Assembly: GCF_024521635.1 (NCBI RefSeq)
Contig: NW_026250405.1
Coordinates: forward strand, 186,001 to 250,000
DNA length: 64,000 nt
Source: Tricharina praecox
Lineage: Eukaryota
Reading direction: 5' to 3'
The notes below the pieces were generated by a model. That model ran no database searches, was not told the DNA's origin, and saw only the letters and a program-made list of their open reading frames with translations. The position numbers and the translations under genes were made by a program. The stretch's first letter is position 1; the number at the start of each line of letters is the position of its first letter. Positions 50,855 to 63,568 of this stretch are shown here, piece by piece.

Positions 50855-52339
50855 CTTGATAATTTGGAGTTGTTGCACGGAAGAAGAAAATCTTTAGCGT
50901 AGAGTTTTTTTATCACCCGCATTGGAGCCGCACGGGGCAAACCTAGCCCACGGCAGGTGCCGATCAGTAAGCCTAGGCAACACGTGGACGTTGTGAGAAG
51001 CAGCCTCGATGTGAGTATCGCAGCATCTTGAGATATCTAAATTTTTGTTTTATTCCAAGTATGTGATGCGGCCAGAAGTCTTCCTGTTGCTTTATTCCTC
51101 GAGGAGGCGGTGGCTAAGCTCTCCATGCGCCACTTCAAGCCACCATGCATGCCCCAGTGGATTCGTGCTGCTATGTAGAAACGTTGTTCCGCACCGACCA
51201 ATACCTACGCTGAGCCTCTACAGACCACTGACTACGCTCAGCCACCCTCGAAGCTACCCCGCACGTACCAAACGCGTGATCCAGTGACCCCGCCACGCGA
51301 GACTCGGTCGATTTCTACCCCCACATCCGACCCTCACCCTCCCGCTCACTCGGCCGCCGACTCCAGCTCACGGATATGTGGTCTTCACATGTGACTCTTC
51401 CTATGTAGAGGCCGCCAACTGCTGTCGTAACCGTCGGAGTTGCGGTACGGCTCACTCCCGTGATGCATGGGACTACATATCGCGGCTATCCGGCATAGAA
51501 GACCGATACACCGGGCGAACTATCCCAACGGTCCATCGTCCAGGAAAGGCATGTGACGGTGTTCATGGAAGAAACAGCATTCAGCCCTGTGGCTCTTCAA
51601 TTTGCCCGTCGATTGATGGTCTTCTCCCACCCCGCAAGCGATCTATGTCGCCAATTACGGTACCGGCTGCTCACCATCCAGGCAGTCGCGACTCGCCCCT
51701 GGCGCAGAAGATATACATAGCCATCCCAGCGATAAATACTACATGTTCATAGGATCCGTCAGCCAATCTTCTTCAAACCATGGCAATCGAGATTTCAGGC
51801 GACCCAGACCGGAGGACACTCTACTATTTAGCCGCGACCACTCCTACCCGTCGGCAGCTAGCGCCGTCTGCCTACACTGTAGGAATGACTAGGTCGTTGT
51901 AGAGAACTCTTGGTCATTATAACTTCCTGAAGATCTCCTTTGTGTGGACGTCTATGAAGACATTTGACACCGCTCAGAAAAGAAAAGGGTGTTTGAGCCA
52001 TCACGAACGACCTTCCATGCGATCTCAAACGACTTTAAAAGGCGGAAACATCAGATCTCATTTCAAGCATTCAGGCCACCCGCCAGATCAGCCGCTGCAT
52101 CTAATCCCTGGGTATATGGGTTCGTTACCTGCTAAAACTGCTACACCTACCGAGAAAAATCTAATAATCCGTTAAAATAGCGTGGAAGACAATCGCGTAA
52201 CGTCCAGGCTTTATGGGTGGATGTCACCTTCCTGTTAGGCAACCGGGACGCCGGGAATTTTTCTACATAAAGGATGTGTTGGTTCCCGCATTGATTTGGT
52301 TTTTGGTAACCCAACCGACTTCTTCTCGCAATTCCGGTC

Positions 52340-53554
52340 ATGTTTGCATTCCGATTCTCCTCCGTACTACTGTTGGCCCTGAGTTTGGCTGCCGAAGTGT
52401 TGGGTTCGCCGACGACCTCGACCTGCAGGAATCCTATCAAGCGGAAGGAATGGTGCGTACTGATATCCTTCTCCTCTGCACTCGGTAGCTAACCGACATC
52501 CAGGCGCGCACTTTCGCGTGGAGAAAAGAAGAACTACCTCAAAGCCGTCCAGTGTCTCGGCCGCAAGCCCGCAAAGTTCAATGCCGATATTCCCGGCGCC
52601 ACATCGAGATTTGATGAATTCCAGGGCGTGCACATCCAACAGACCGAGAGAATTCACTTTGTTGGCGCGTTCGCTATCTGGCATCGGTACTACCTGATGG
52701 AATTTGAGAGGGCATTGCGAACGGAGTGTGGCTGGAAAGCTGGTATCCCGTACTGGGACTGGTTCGTACTTTCCAACTTCCACAGAAGGATCGGAATGCT
52801 GACTTTCGGTGCAGGACAATCGACGCGGAAAGCGATATCCCGATGGAGGAGTGGTCGATCTTCAACTCCGACGACGGCTTTGGGGGTAACGGGCCCTACA
52901 TGGACCTCCCCGCCAATAGCACTCTCTTCCCCGTTCCCGGTCGCACCGGCGGAGGCTGCGTCCCGGACGGCCCGTTCACGGCTGACAAGTTCCTTGTCGG
53001 CCTCGGTCCTTCGCACAACGCGTCGATCGCAAATCCTCACTGCCTCAAGCGTGACTTCTCGCCGGAGGTGGTGAAGTACAACCTGCAGAAGGCGACGTGG
53101 AACGAAGTGCTAGAACAGTCCAATTTCGGGCGCTTCGCGAAACGGCTGGAGGCGGAGCCGAACTGGACAACTACCAATATCCACGGCGGAGGCCACTTCG
53201 GTATCGGTGGCAGCATGGGCGATATGGGAGATTCCTACAATTCCCCCGGTGGTCAGTACTCCTCTACCCCCTCCCGGCGAAATTATCGTACTGACATGTG
53301 ATACCTTCGCAGACCCGCTGTTCTACCAACACCACGCAAACCTCGACCGCCTCTTCTGGGATTGGCAGAAGATCTCTCTGCCAGCGCGGCTGAAGGACGT
53401 CTCTGGACCCATCTACATGTTCGATTACGCCAACGCCGTGGGCGGAAACATCACGCTCGACTTCGAGATTAATCTGGGTCCGTTGGGCAAGACAAAGAAG
53501 CTGAAAGAGCTCATGGACATTAGACAGAAGGACATCTGCTATACTTACGTATAG
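52340..53554 (+). CDS. Secreted tyrosinase / type-3 di-copper oxidase, 4 exons
   Basis: Signal peptide MFAFRFSSVLLLALSLAAEVLG; RKEW; CuA SRFDEFQGVH..IHFVG.F..WHRYY; IPYWDW; GGGCVPDGPF; CuB IHGGGH..SPG|DPLFYQHHANLDRLFWDWQ. Confidence 0.95.
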
Positions 53555-54497
53555 CGATGGATGTATGTAGCATGGCGGAGTAATGGGAGAAAGAGCGTAC
53601 CTATGACTTTGTGCCGTCACTCATTTGGCGTATTTCATTATGACTCACTCGGCTTGACATCTCATTTGCCACCTCAACCCACCGTGATTGCTACCGTGAG
53701 TCACTACCACAAGCCGGTTATCGAGATTGTAGACAGGTTAGCTGGGCAGTGAGTCTCGCCATGGTCTAGATAGACTCTATGCGGGTAACGAGGAATCGAG
53801 AAGAAAAAATGAGGGCATTGCTACCACTCTGAATGAACACCCAAACCACCAAGCTCATTCCCATCCATTTGATCTTCCAAGACCCAGGACCTCGCAAACC
53901 CAAAACAAATCGAATTCCACCACCTCCCAGCTATCCCATGCCCTTGCGGTCCTATCCTCCACGACTTCCACGCCCGCTCGCAGTTGTAGAAGTCGAAGTC
54001 GTCTCGGTGTCGTAGTACATCGATCAGGCCGGGTTTCTCTCGCAATTAGTTTCTTCTGTCGCCGTCTCTTCCTTGACTGATATACCCATTCGCACAGATC
54101 TGTGAGGAGTTCAGGTACTTGGGTTTGGTGTTTGGTATGGTGATGATCGCAACGTGTGTGATGTTTGATGTCCGTAGGTGGTTTGGTCCTTGCTGCACTG
54201 TACCCACAGCGCAAAGCGGGCGGCGGAACGAAACGACTGTCCGGCTTGGCTGGTTGCTGTCTTTTTATTTTTATTTTTATTTTGTGGGAAGGAGGAGGGG
54301 GAGTGGCTGCCGGAAAAGGAGGGCTGCACTGCAAAGAGTGAGGCTCGGCCAATATTCCAAGGTAACTAACTCCAAGAGGTCTCTGCTACTTGCTATTGAC
54401 CTTCTATCTCTTCCATTCCCTCACTCTCACACTTCCACTCCCACGTCCCATTCAAGTACAACCCCAACTTCCAAGCAATCACTACCTATCATCCACC

Positions 54498-55507
54498 ATG
54501 AGCTTCAACCTGCCTATCCGCCACCATCCCCTGTCTCGAAGGTATATCGTTAATCCTACGAGGCACTGTTTTACTTGTTTACTGATCTTCCTAAATCACA
54601 GCAACCGCCGTACTGGAGACCTTCGAGGACAAAACAACTCGGCTAGGGGAAGAGGTCGTGATAGATATGACTCTAGTCGTCCCCGACGGAGGTATATCCA
54701 TCACTCTCGACTGCTATTCCATCTGATTCAATTGTTTCCGTAGGGCTAGATCTTCAAGTCCCGTCAACAATAGGTTCCAAAGGCTGGTTGTATTCGGAAA
54801 CTCGAGACAGGAACCCTTCCGCCTTCGAACCAGGTCACTCCCTTCGCATACCCCCAGTATTCAGTGCTCCGCTAACACCACTCACCAGGTCTGCTAGCCC
54901 GGCCCGTATCCAGGCTACCCCCATTCTAGCAGAACCACGATACAGCTGTGACGGCTGCGGAACCCAGATTCCCATTGGCAGCACGTGCCCGTTCTACCCT
55001 CACAACGGATCTCCTTTGGGTGTCATAAAGCTTTCGAACCCTCGCAAGCTACCTTCCTGGCAAGCTAGGTGCCGTTCGAATGCTCAGTCTGTTACTCCTG
55101 GTGGCAATAATGTCCCGCAGGCGGAGACTCAGCCGCCTCTCCAAGGTATGGGACACGGCCAGTCGCTTTCGGTCCCCATGAAAAGCGAGAAATACCGCGA
55201 CGCTCCTCGTGCAAGAGGTGGTGATATCCTACGTCCTCGCAACGACAATAATCGGATCAACAAAAATCCGCAGCCAACACCAGTACAGCGTGCACCAGTA
55301 CAGGCTGCACCACTTCGCCGTGGCGAACTTTCCCCCAATCTGAAAGCGTGGCAGGAGTTGGTTATCGCCCACCGGCAGACCTACGGAGAACTCGAACCCA
55401 GAAGGCAAGCCGCGCAGGCCGATCACTGGACTACGCAAATGGGTCAGTTGAATATCCAAGAGTGTGGAGACCGTGCTTCCACTCCCGGAAGGTTCATGGA
55501 AGAGTGA
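54498..55507 (+). CDS. Hypothetical Arg/Pro-rich protein, at least 4 exons, with a CxxC...C...H motif
   Basis: Three introns join in frame (MSFNLPIR...|...|...|RSASPAR...YSCDGCGTQIPIGSTCPFYPH); a last intron may move the stop to about 55623. Confidence 0.6.
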
Positions 55508-56027
55508 GTTGAGTTAGACTTGTGTTTTATTGATACATTAACGAGTGTTCGGCCTACATATTTACCAGGCTTATGCGAACGGTTGGAATTGACTTTATTA
55601 CTTGTTGGTTTTCTAGGGGATAACATTGTTACAGGGAGTCTTGATACATGATTACTTGCTTCGATATGTTTCTTTTGCTTCTGTGAGCTCTGGCCGGAGT
55701 TTATGAGAGGAGTCCGTATTTTTTCTGTGTTTTTTTTACTGATGAGCTCTATTGGAGAGTGGATGAAGAATTTTTGCATTGTACAAGCAGTTTGGGATTC
55801 TGTGTATTGTTACTGTGTATGCGCTGTTATTTCTGTATCTTACTCGGTGTGGCTGCGGAGTATCGCCAATGGGAAGCGAGACTTCAATTGTAACTTCGGT
55901 ATCGTCATGATCATGGTTTCCACTTGATATCACCTGCCACTACACCAATGACTGAAAGATACCGAAGTAGTATGGAAAGAGGAACGTCCATTTATTTTAT
56001 ACATGATATGGTCCCAACCCCAACAAA

Positions 56028-56850
56028 CTAAGAACTAGACATGCCGATTCCACTCTCTCTGTGCTCTGTTCCTTCCTCCGGCGCGCGGACCACACCATGC
56101 AGCGCCGTCAACTCCGCCTGTTTACACACATTTTCAGTTTGCCATTAGAAGTAGTGAGGAAAGAAGGAGACTCACGAGATTGTAGAGCAGTGTTCTGTAC
56201 GTCTGGGCACAGACGCTCGGGCGGGTGGTCTTGAAGCTTAACCGAACCAGGAGCAGCTCGTAGATGTCCGCGTTGATGCGGTACACGGTCTCCAAAACCT
56301 CATCCGACGTGAGCAGAAACTCGGGGCAGTTGAGGTCACTCCTCATCATTTCGAGAAGAGGCACCAGCTGTGCCATCCGTTAGCATCCATCAGAAAATCA
56401 GCAAAGGAGATAGAAGTGAGTGCATACAGATGGGCAATCATTCTCGTCCGGCAATTGCGGGCCGTGGAAAGGGTCCGGTTAGGAAAATTCCCCAAGAATG
56501 TCCATCAGGACACGAAACCGGTGGATAGCCACCTTCAGATCCTCTGTGAGGGTCCACGGGTCTTCCACAGGCCAAGCGCGGATAGGAGGATCCGGAGGCT
56601 GCTACTTGGTGATCAACTTGTGGTCTGATTCTCGCGAGAGTCCCTAAGTCTCGCGTTCCTCGCGGGAAAGAGGGATCTCCTTGGGGGCAAAAACATCCTC
56701 CGGCCAAGCCCTGAAGAATGACATACCCATCGCCGGAGAGGTGGGACGAGGGGTGGACTCCTCGGCGTTGACGGAAGAAAGCTCGACCGCAGCGACAGAA
56801 GAAGTTTCGGGAGGAGTAGTCTCGTCGGCAGGAAGAGAATTGTCCGCCAT
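56028..56850 (-). pseudogene. 3-exon orphan gene with three in-frame stops in exon 1 (pseudogene or editing-dependent gene)
   Basis: Single frame from the ATG with TAG 56646-44, TAG 56604-02 and TAA 56481-79; two canonical phase-0 introns and open exons 2-3. Confidence 0.6.
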
Positions 56851-58030
56851 GGGGAGATTGAGCTGGTCCGTTTTGTTATAAGGTATCGAAGAGATGGGAG
56901 GGGTCTTCTTGGTGTTTTTTGTGAGTGGAGTTTCGATGCGGTGGATGAAATTGATTCAGACAGAGGGAGGAAGGGATGAAAGAGAAGAAGGAAGGATGAT
57001 AGGAATTTAAGGTTGAGAAGTGTGGCATGACGGTATCTGTTTCGGGAACAGTGTCGGGACACAGGTACGGATTGTCGGCACCAGCCTTCTCCGACTGACC
57101 AGGAAGCACTGCGTTTCCGTGCTTTCAATCCTCTCAATTCCTAAGCGAAGCAAACGCTTTGAGAGAATGAGAATGAAGTGACATAAAACTGCCCCGAGGA
57201 CTCAGTAAATCTCTCTCCTTTTCTTTATACTTCTATACATGTATGTACTAATTCCTCCACGGTTGTCTCAGCCGCATCTGAGAGATTCCACGGAGATTTT
57301 CCCCCCCACTGTTCAGATCGAGCAACAGCTGCAGCAAGTTAACATATCTTAACAGAACCACCGGAAATCTCGAAGTACCAGTCAATTCAGCTGGAAAGCC
57401 CAGTGCAGATTTGAACTCTTTTTTTTCCTCGACTTGTGCGACCATACTTTCCGACGTTAGGGCTGCTACCCGAGCGAGCGAGTGACCACCTGGGATGGAA
57501 ACTGGGAAACAGAGTAGTAACTACTTGAGGGTCTTCCACGACTCAGTTCCAACTTCACAACAACAACACCGACAACAGCAACAACAAAAATACCTACAAC
57601 AAGAGAAAAAACGACCGCTTGGTCCTCCCACTCCAGTCAACATCACCTCTTGGCCCTCGGCGCCATGTACGTTCTCCAGGGCTCCGCTATTCGCAAGAGT
57701 ACTACACCCTGTCGAAGTAAGTATGGCAGTCGGTGCTATCTATAGAATACCCTCAGCACTTGGGTTCGATCGCCAAACTTCCACATCTTATGCATCACTT
57801 TCAAAGGTCGTCGCTGATATCGGCATTCTATAGATGCATCGTATTTATATCCAGCTCACTGCTCGGCCCGACCTTCCAGCAATACTTCTCCATCAACCAT
57901 CACCCTATTGCAACGTCGAAAATAGCAAGAACTGAGTACCAAACCAGCAAGCTTCATTTTCAACTGTATTTCTACAACTCGGCCAAGCTAAATCGTTCCG
58001 GTACATCTCGACAACACAGCACAAAGAAAG

Positions 58031-58435
58031 ATGTCCAATAATACCGCCTCACGTCCTTCGAGTCCCGCAGACAACAAAGACGCGCACTACCAAGAGCGTC
58101 TGGCCAACTGCGTTAAGGCCTTGCGTAAGTTCCGCTTCCCTCTCTAGAGATACCACTTACTGACTTCATTAGAATCTCGTGACGAGCACATCGCCGAAGT
58201 TGCTGAATTTACAGCGGCGGTTAAGGCTAAGAAGGGAAAGATCCCGAAGACGAAGGTGCTCGATGCCCAGAAGGGCCGCGTGAAGAAATGCCGCGTCAGG
58301 AAGAGCCGCGCCAAGAAGCCCAAATGGGAGGAGATGTCTAAAGAAGAGAGGGACAAGGTTGTCGAAAAGCGATACGAAAAGGCGGGGTTCAAACTGCCCG
58401 TCAGTGGAAAGGGGGCTGGATCTGAGGCGGAATAG
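58031..58435 (+). CDS. Small Lys/Arg-rich orphan protein, 2 exons
   Basis: MSNNTASRPSSPADNK...VKAL|GTAAGT...ACTGAC...TAG|QSRDEH...KGRVKKCRVRKSRAKKPKW...EAE*. Confidence 0.7.
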
Positions 58436-59487
58436 TTTCCGCGCGATTGTTATATTTTTGCGTCACTTTTCTAGTGTTATTTGAAGAGCGATTTCGCCCG
58501 TTAAAGTTCTTGTTTTGGAATACACTTTTTCATTTATATCGTAATGAGTACTATCCATTACAATAGGCATTTGGGTTACAGAATATCATGCAATTCACTT
58601 CAAAACTAGGACTATGCCATTGCCATATCCCACTTACATATACCATCCATTAAACCCAACACGAAACGAAGATGGGTGAGTCGCATCGGCTAAGGACACA
58701 CTAAACACCACAGGCCCACAACCCACCGTCAGCAACCCCTGAAGGATCCGATCAGCCTGCAAAAGAATAGAGGAGATAGGAGAGTCGGCGGGCACGCGCA
58801 TATTTCGAGTCTCTCCCATACCACCCTCTTTCCGGCTTGAAACACCATCTCGAGCTTCTCGACCTACCAGGTAATTTTCTGCTTCCGGGCCTGGCAGCTC
58901 CGTGAGTTCCGTGTTGATGCAATTGCTGCAGACGTAGATATTGCAGGGGCAGAGACGATTGCAAACGTGGGTCGTTCAGCTTATTTGGAGCCGTACGAGC
59001 GCATGTGGAACGGGGTCGGCCAGAAGGAGGAGGGTTAAGCTATTGCAGTTGGGCCGACTGCCGCTATTAATTCGAGAAGATGATATGGGCAGTGTTCGGC
59101 TTTGATGCTACTAAGGGCGCACAAGATGTCATTTCATAACAACTCAACGTAACTAGACTACACCGCTCGTCTTTCAGTATTGTAGACTGTGCAGGTGTGC
59201 AGTGGAGTTGAGTCGCGCTTAAACGAGCCTAGGGCAAAGAGGGCCTACTCATTGCCTCGTCTTGGCATAGACTGGCACTCGCCCTTTCTAGTGAAACAGC
59301 GCAACTCTACTTCTTATGCAATCCAAATACTTAGTCTTCAAGCATCTGATACCTTCGCCACATGCGCCGTCCCTTGTTTGCACTCGTCGAATTGAAAACA
59401 GCAGGATCGTCCCTTTCCGTTCATATTGAACGTCTAGCTCAAGGGTCCACGACAGGACATATAAGTACCCGCGGCGGCTGAACATCG

Positions 59488-60951
59488 ATGCAGACACAAG
59501 AACGCTACCACATCCCCCCTACCAGCCACAACTCGACCATGTGCACTATTAACACGGAATATCCCCATGAGGGAGAATGTCAAATCTGCCGCCTGAAGCT
59601 CGGCCCATACCTTATCTACAGCGATGTATATTCCAACTCCAAGGAAAGGCATAAGCTGTGCGAAATGAACGGTAACCAGATATGTCGCTTCTGCTTTCTC
59701 CGTGAACTCGTGGTGCGCGACTTTCAGTGTTCCAACTGCAAAAACAAAATCGAGCAGGTTACCTACGGATACTCGCGATTCTGCACGCGGCAACTCGATA
59801 CACAATTAGAGGTCGTTCGCATGCGAGGACGGCAGATGCAGTTTCCAAAGGCGCGAGGTGGTCGCATGTTCTGTCCTCATGATATAATGGAAGACTGTTC
59901 ATGCCGCGACTGTTATTGTCCCGATTGCCTCACCGTGGCCCGAAATCACCCGGTATCCAAGTTTCATCTGGTCTTTCGGCATCTGTTACAGGTTTCTTCA
60001 CAAGAGCATCCGAACATAACTCCAGATCGTGCGTTATTCGAGTACCTCCTCAAAGTGAGGCTGCTTGACGACGACGACGAGATAATAGTCTCGCCCCCGC
60101 CCCGGGCTGCCAGAACAACCACCCCGGCCGGTGGACGTGCTTCCGGTGCCACCTACCGCGCGCTGATAAATGATCAGCCGGTTTCCCTATCCTGGCAGAC
60201 GTCGAACTTCGCCGACTTCGAAGCCGAGGTCCTCGCTGGTGCCGCCGTCTCCCCGGGGACTTGGACGATCTGGTATAAAAGTGCCTTCACCAATGAGGAA
60301 CTACTGGTGTATGACCAGGACAGTTTGGATGCGTATCTTTTCGAGCTGACGAAGGGTCACGTGACCACAAAGACAGGCAACCAGGGGAAGGTGGCTCTCA
60401 GCGTCCTCACGCACGAGGAGGCGTTTAGGTCGACCCGATCACCTGCTACTCCTGAAGATCGCCGCCAAAGATCCCAACTCCTTCATCAATGTGAGGAATT
60501 TCTCGGCCGCCCGATGACTCTCGAGGAGGAATGGTATCTCTGGGTTTTAGTGAACAGCTGCAAAGGCGATTACGCTGTATCTAGCGGTAATATCGAAGAG
60601 AAATATTCCGACGACCGATGGGTCAACCAAGACAGACGACTTCAGGAAACCGACCCGGCCGATCCAAAACGTCCCCGAGTCCGTAAGGACATTGTGGTGC
60701 GGTGGATTGAAGAGATTGAAGGAATTGAAGGAATTGAGCCGCCTCAGAAGTGGTTCCAGGTACAGATGAGGCATCTGGATGGTGAATTGCAGGAATATCT
60801 TTATTGCAGGGCTTCTGACAGCGTAGAGAGGGATCCCAAAGCCATTCGGACAGACTGGACGGAGTTAGATACTGTCCGAGGGGAGTATCTGCTATTCGAA
60901 GTGTGTAAGGCAGAGGGTAGAAATGACTTGAATCCCGATGTAACTTATTGA
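59488..60951 (+). CDS. Orphan 487-aa protein: Cys-rich (RING-like) N-terminus, PB1-like middle, ubiquitin-like C-terminal start
   Basis: Long uninterrupted ORF; CQIC...H.LC...CRFC...CSNC then CPH...CSCRDCYCPDC. Domain calls are pattern-based only. Confidence 0.7.
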   Translation: MQTQERYHIPPTSHNSTMCTINTEYPHEGECQICRLKLGPYLIYSDVYSNSKERHKLCEMNGNQICRFCFLRELVVRDFQCSNCKNKIEQVTYGYSRFCTRQLDTQLEVVRMRGRQMQFPKARGGRMFCPHDIMEDCSCRDCYCPDCLTVARNHPVSKFHLVFRHLLQVSSQEHPNITPDRALFEYLLKVRLLDDDDEIIVSPPPRAARTTTPAGGRASGATYRALINDQPVSLSWQTSNFADFEAEVLAGAAVSPGTWTIWYKSAFTNEELLVYDQDSLDAYLFELTKGHVTTKTGNQGKVALSVLTHEEAFRSTRSPATPEDRRQRSQLLHQCEEFLGRPMTLEEEWYLWVLVNSCKGDYAVSSGNIEEKYSDDRWVNQDRRLQETDPADPKRPRVRKDIVVRWIEEIEGIEGIEPPQKWFQVQMRHLDGELQEYLYCRASDSVERDPKAIRTDWTELDTVRGEYLLFEVCKAEGRNDLNPDVTY

Positions 60952-61464
60952 TTACACCCAGACTTAACTCTTTCCTAAGGAGGAGAAGTTTCGCCAAAAT
61001 TCTACGTTAAAGCAGGAATTAGATAACCCTTTGATACTTGTTTTTAAGTTGTTACATAGGATGGAATATTAGTGAATTATTTATTCTCAACTCCTTACGA
61101 AACTGTATCCTAATCATCATCAAACCAGACCCATCTACTATCCGCAATGACAGCCATTCACTGTACGTTTGAGGTAGTATCGAGGCAGATAACGAAAGCA
61201 AAGGATCTTGCTACGATTCCCCGAAGTATTCTGGCGGTTACTAGGAGGGGCCATTTAAACTAAACACGTCATGAAGCTGCATACCTAATATACTATGTTA
61301 TATAGAGCCATTGTGGTTTCTAGAATGTCTTGGCTCGTTCGACCCCCCTCCTCCCTGCCTCCTCCCCCCACTGTTTTGTTTAGCACACCTACCCACCCAC
61401 CCCACCATCACCATTTCATACCACCACCAACCTTCACCTTGCCCAAAACCACAACCACCACAAA

Positions 61465-63071
61465 ATGCCGAAACCCCGCCGCACCATACTTCAAAAGCCT
61501 GATCTTTCCGACGAAGAACTCAGCATCTATGACTTCCCAGGAAACGCCGACGATGGAGCCGCCAAAGCCAACCACTGCGCCGTTGAAGTCCCCGCTCAAG
61601 AGTCCTACTCCAAACGTTCTCAAAAGCCCCAAAGTCGCCAACAGCGGGTGTACGGCCGAAAGCCCTTGAAACGTACCCGTCAGACTTCCGGGTCGCCGGC
61701 TCGCATCCGAAAGCCTCGCAAACTGCTCTCCGAGAAGAAACGTCTCGACAACGACCGGGGCAGGGTCACTGATGAAGACATCGCGGCAGCGGTGAAGTTC
61801 GACAGCATGATCTCTAGGGTGACGAAAGTCGACAAAGCTGAGGTCGCTGAGAGGGAGAATGTCGCCAGCAACTCCGCAAAGCTACAGAATGGTGACAACG
61901 TCTCGGAAGCGACGTCTCAAATCCCCGACCCGATCCCTTGCCCCTTCTGCTGGGCTAAGTTTCTGCCTCGCGGAAAGTTTTGGGATGTGGACAAGTTTAC
62001 CGAGTAAGTCCCCGCACCCGTGATTTGATCCTGAAGCATAGAGTTGAGTGCTGATACAAAGCTTATTCCAGGCATGTAAAATATGATCACGGCAAGATCG
62101 AGATTAGCAACAACCAGCAGTACATCGAGTGCTGGGAGAAGATTGCGGAGCTGAACTATGATAAGGAGTTCCACCAACAGTTCATTCAAATCCAGATACT
62201 GGAACAGAGACAGAAAATGGTGCGGGAATGGTATCGTCGAAGTGACGAGATGAGGGAGAGGGATAGGTTGGAGCTGGAGGAGAAGAGGAAGGCTCTTTGT
62301 GCTGAATCTGACTCTGATACGGCTGTCGAAGATGATGCTATGAGGGTTATTAATGCTGGAAAGTACCATTGGCCGCCGCTTTCCAGGAAGACCCTACTTG
62401 CGATGCAAGAGAAGCGTTGTATGGTCAAATCCCGATTCACCACTGCCAATGTCAACAATGCGAATCGGACCGGGGAGCTTTCGAGCATCGGCAATGACAA
62501 AAAAAGCGTGGATATTTCGAACAGCAGCGGCCCGGGCCAACCGAACCGGAAACCCGCAAGGTTATTACTTCACGCAGTCGAACTTGTCACAAAGAAGGCG
62601 GTTACGTCCAGCGGTGATTATGAACTCCACGATCCCAGGCCGTCAACAAACTCGACTCTGGAGAGGAGGGCTAGCCGTGAGGATGAACTCCACAACCCCA
62701 GGCCGTCGACGAACTCGACTCTGAAGAGGAGGGCTAGCGGAGACGATGAACTCCACGATCCCGGGCCATCGACGAACTCTACCCTGAAGAGGAGGGCTAG
62801 CGATGACGATGAGCTACACAATCCCAGGCCGTCGACGAACTCGCCTCGGAAGAGGAGGGCTAGCGGTGAACTCAAGATTCAAGGTGGCAGCGACACTGAC
62901 GGGTACGATACGGACGGAGATGGGGACGAGGAGGGTGAGGAAGCCGTGAGGTCGCACCGGCGAAGGTTGAATAATGGAAAAAACGGCGGAATGGTGGCGG
63001 AAAGGTGGCTGTCTGCAGTAGAGGGGATGGTGGAGACGGCCAATCTCTCGCTTAACGGCTTGAAGGCTTGA
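61465..63071 (+). CDS. Hypothetical nuclear protein with one C2H2-type finger and 20-aa tandem repeats, 2 exons
   Basis: Intron GTAAGT...GCTGAT...CAG (about 62004-62071) joins CPFCWAKF...KFTE|HVKYDH; four DELHNPRPSTNSTLKRRAS repeats. Confidence 0.75.
62611..62872 (+). repeat. Coding 60-bp tandem repeat, 4 copies
   Basis: gatgaactccac(a/g)a(c/t)cccaggccgtcgacgaactcgactctgaagaggagggctagc repeated. Confidence 0.95.
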
Positions 63072-63568
63072 CGGAACTCCAAGAGTATCCCCGTCAGCTG
63101 CTATGTGTCAAGGAGAGTAGAGGAGGGGGAAGATTCTTTTATGTTGGAAAGCAGTGGGTGGTGCAGTTGTTATACTGGTGCTGTTCTGAAAGGAGTTGCA
63201 ACTATAGTCTATTCCTCTTGAATGAATTGAATTGTTTTATTCTTCCTTTTTTTGTTCAATCAGCAATTGCTTGCAACCTAAGTAGACCATGGCAATATAT
63301 AATGAATGGATTGTGTTGAAACACTCGTACAGCGATTATCACTCGTAAGCGAGTGATACATTATGAGGCTTGCCGCTCGTGTAACGCACCCGGTAGCACA
63401 CAAACGGCATCCGCCTGCTTTCGTTTCACATAGGCAGCTCGTCTAATTCCCACTTTAAACCCTTGTTCACGTCATCTGCGGGAATCGCCCGCAACCCACG
63501 GCCCCTATAACACTACCACCCCCCCGCAAAAGCGCATATCGCATCTCAATCCTCAATTCACTTCCAAC

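Noticed and set aside
48000..53554. Pth11-like gene plus tyrosinase as a secondary-metabolite cluster
   Set aside because: No backbone synthase (PKS, NRPS, terpene) or other tailoring genes in the window.
62611..62872. Kex2-processed repeat (KEP/dikaritin RiPP) precursor linked to the tyrosinase
   Set aside because: No signal peptide, the protein has nuclear features, and no DUF3328 gene was recognised in the window.
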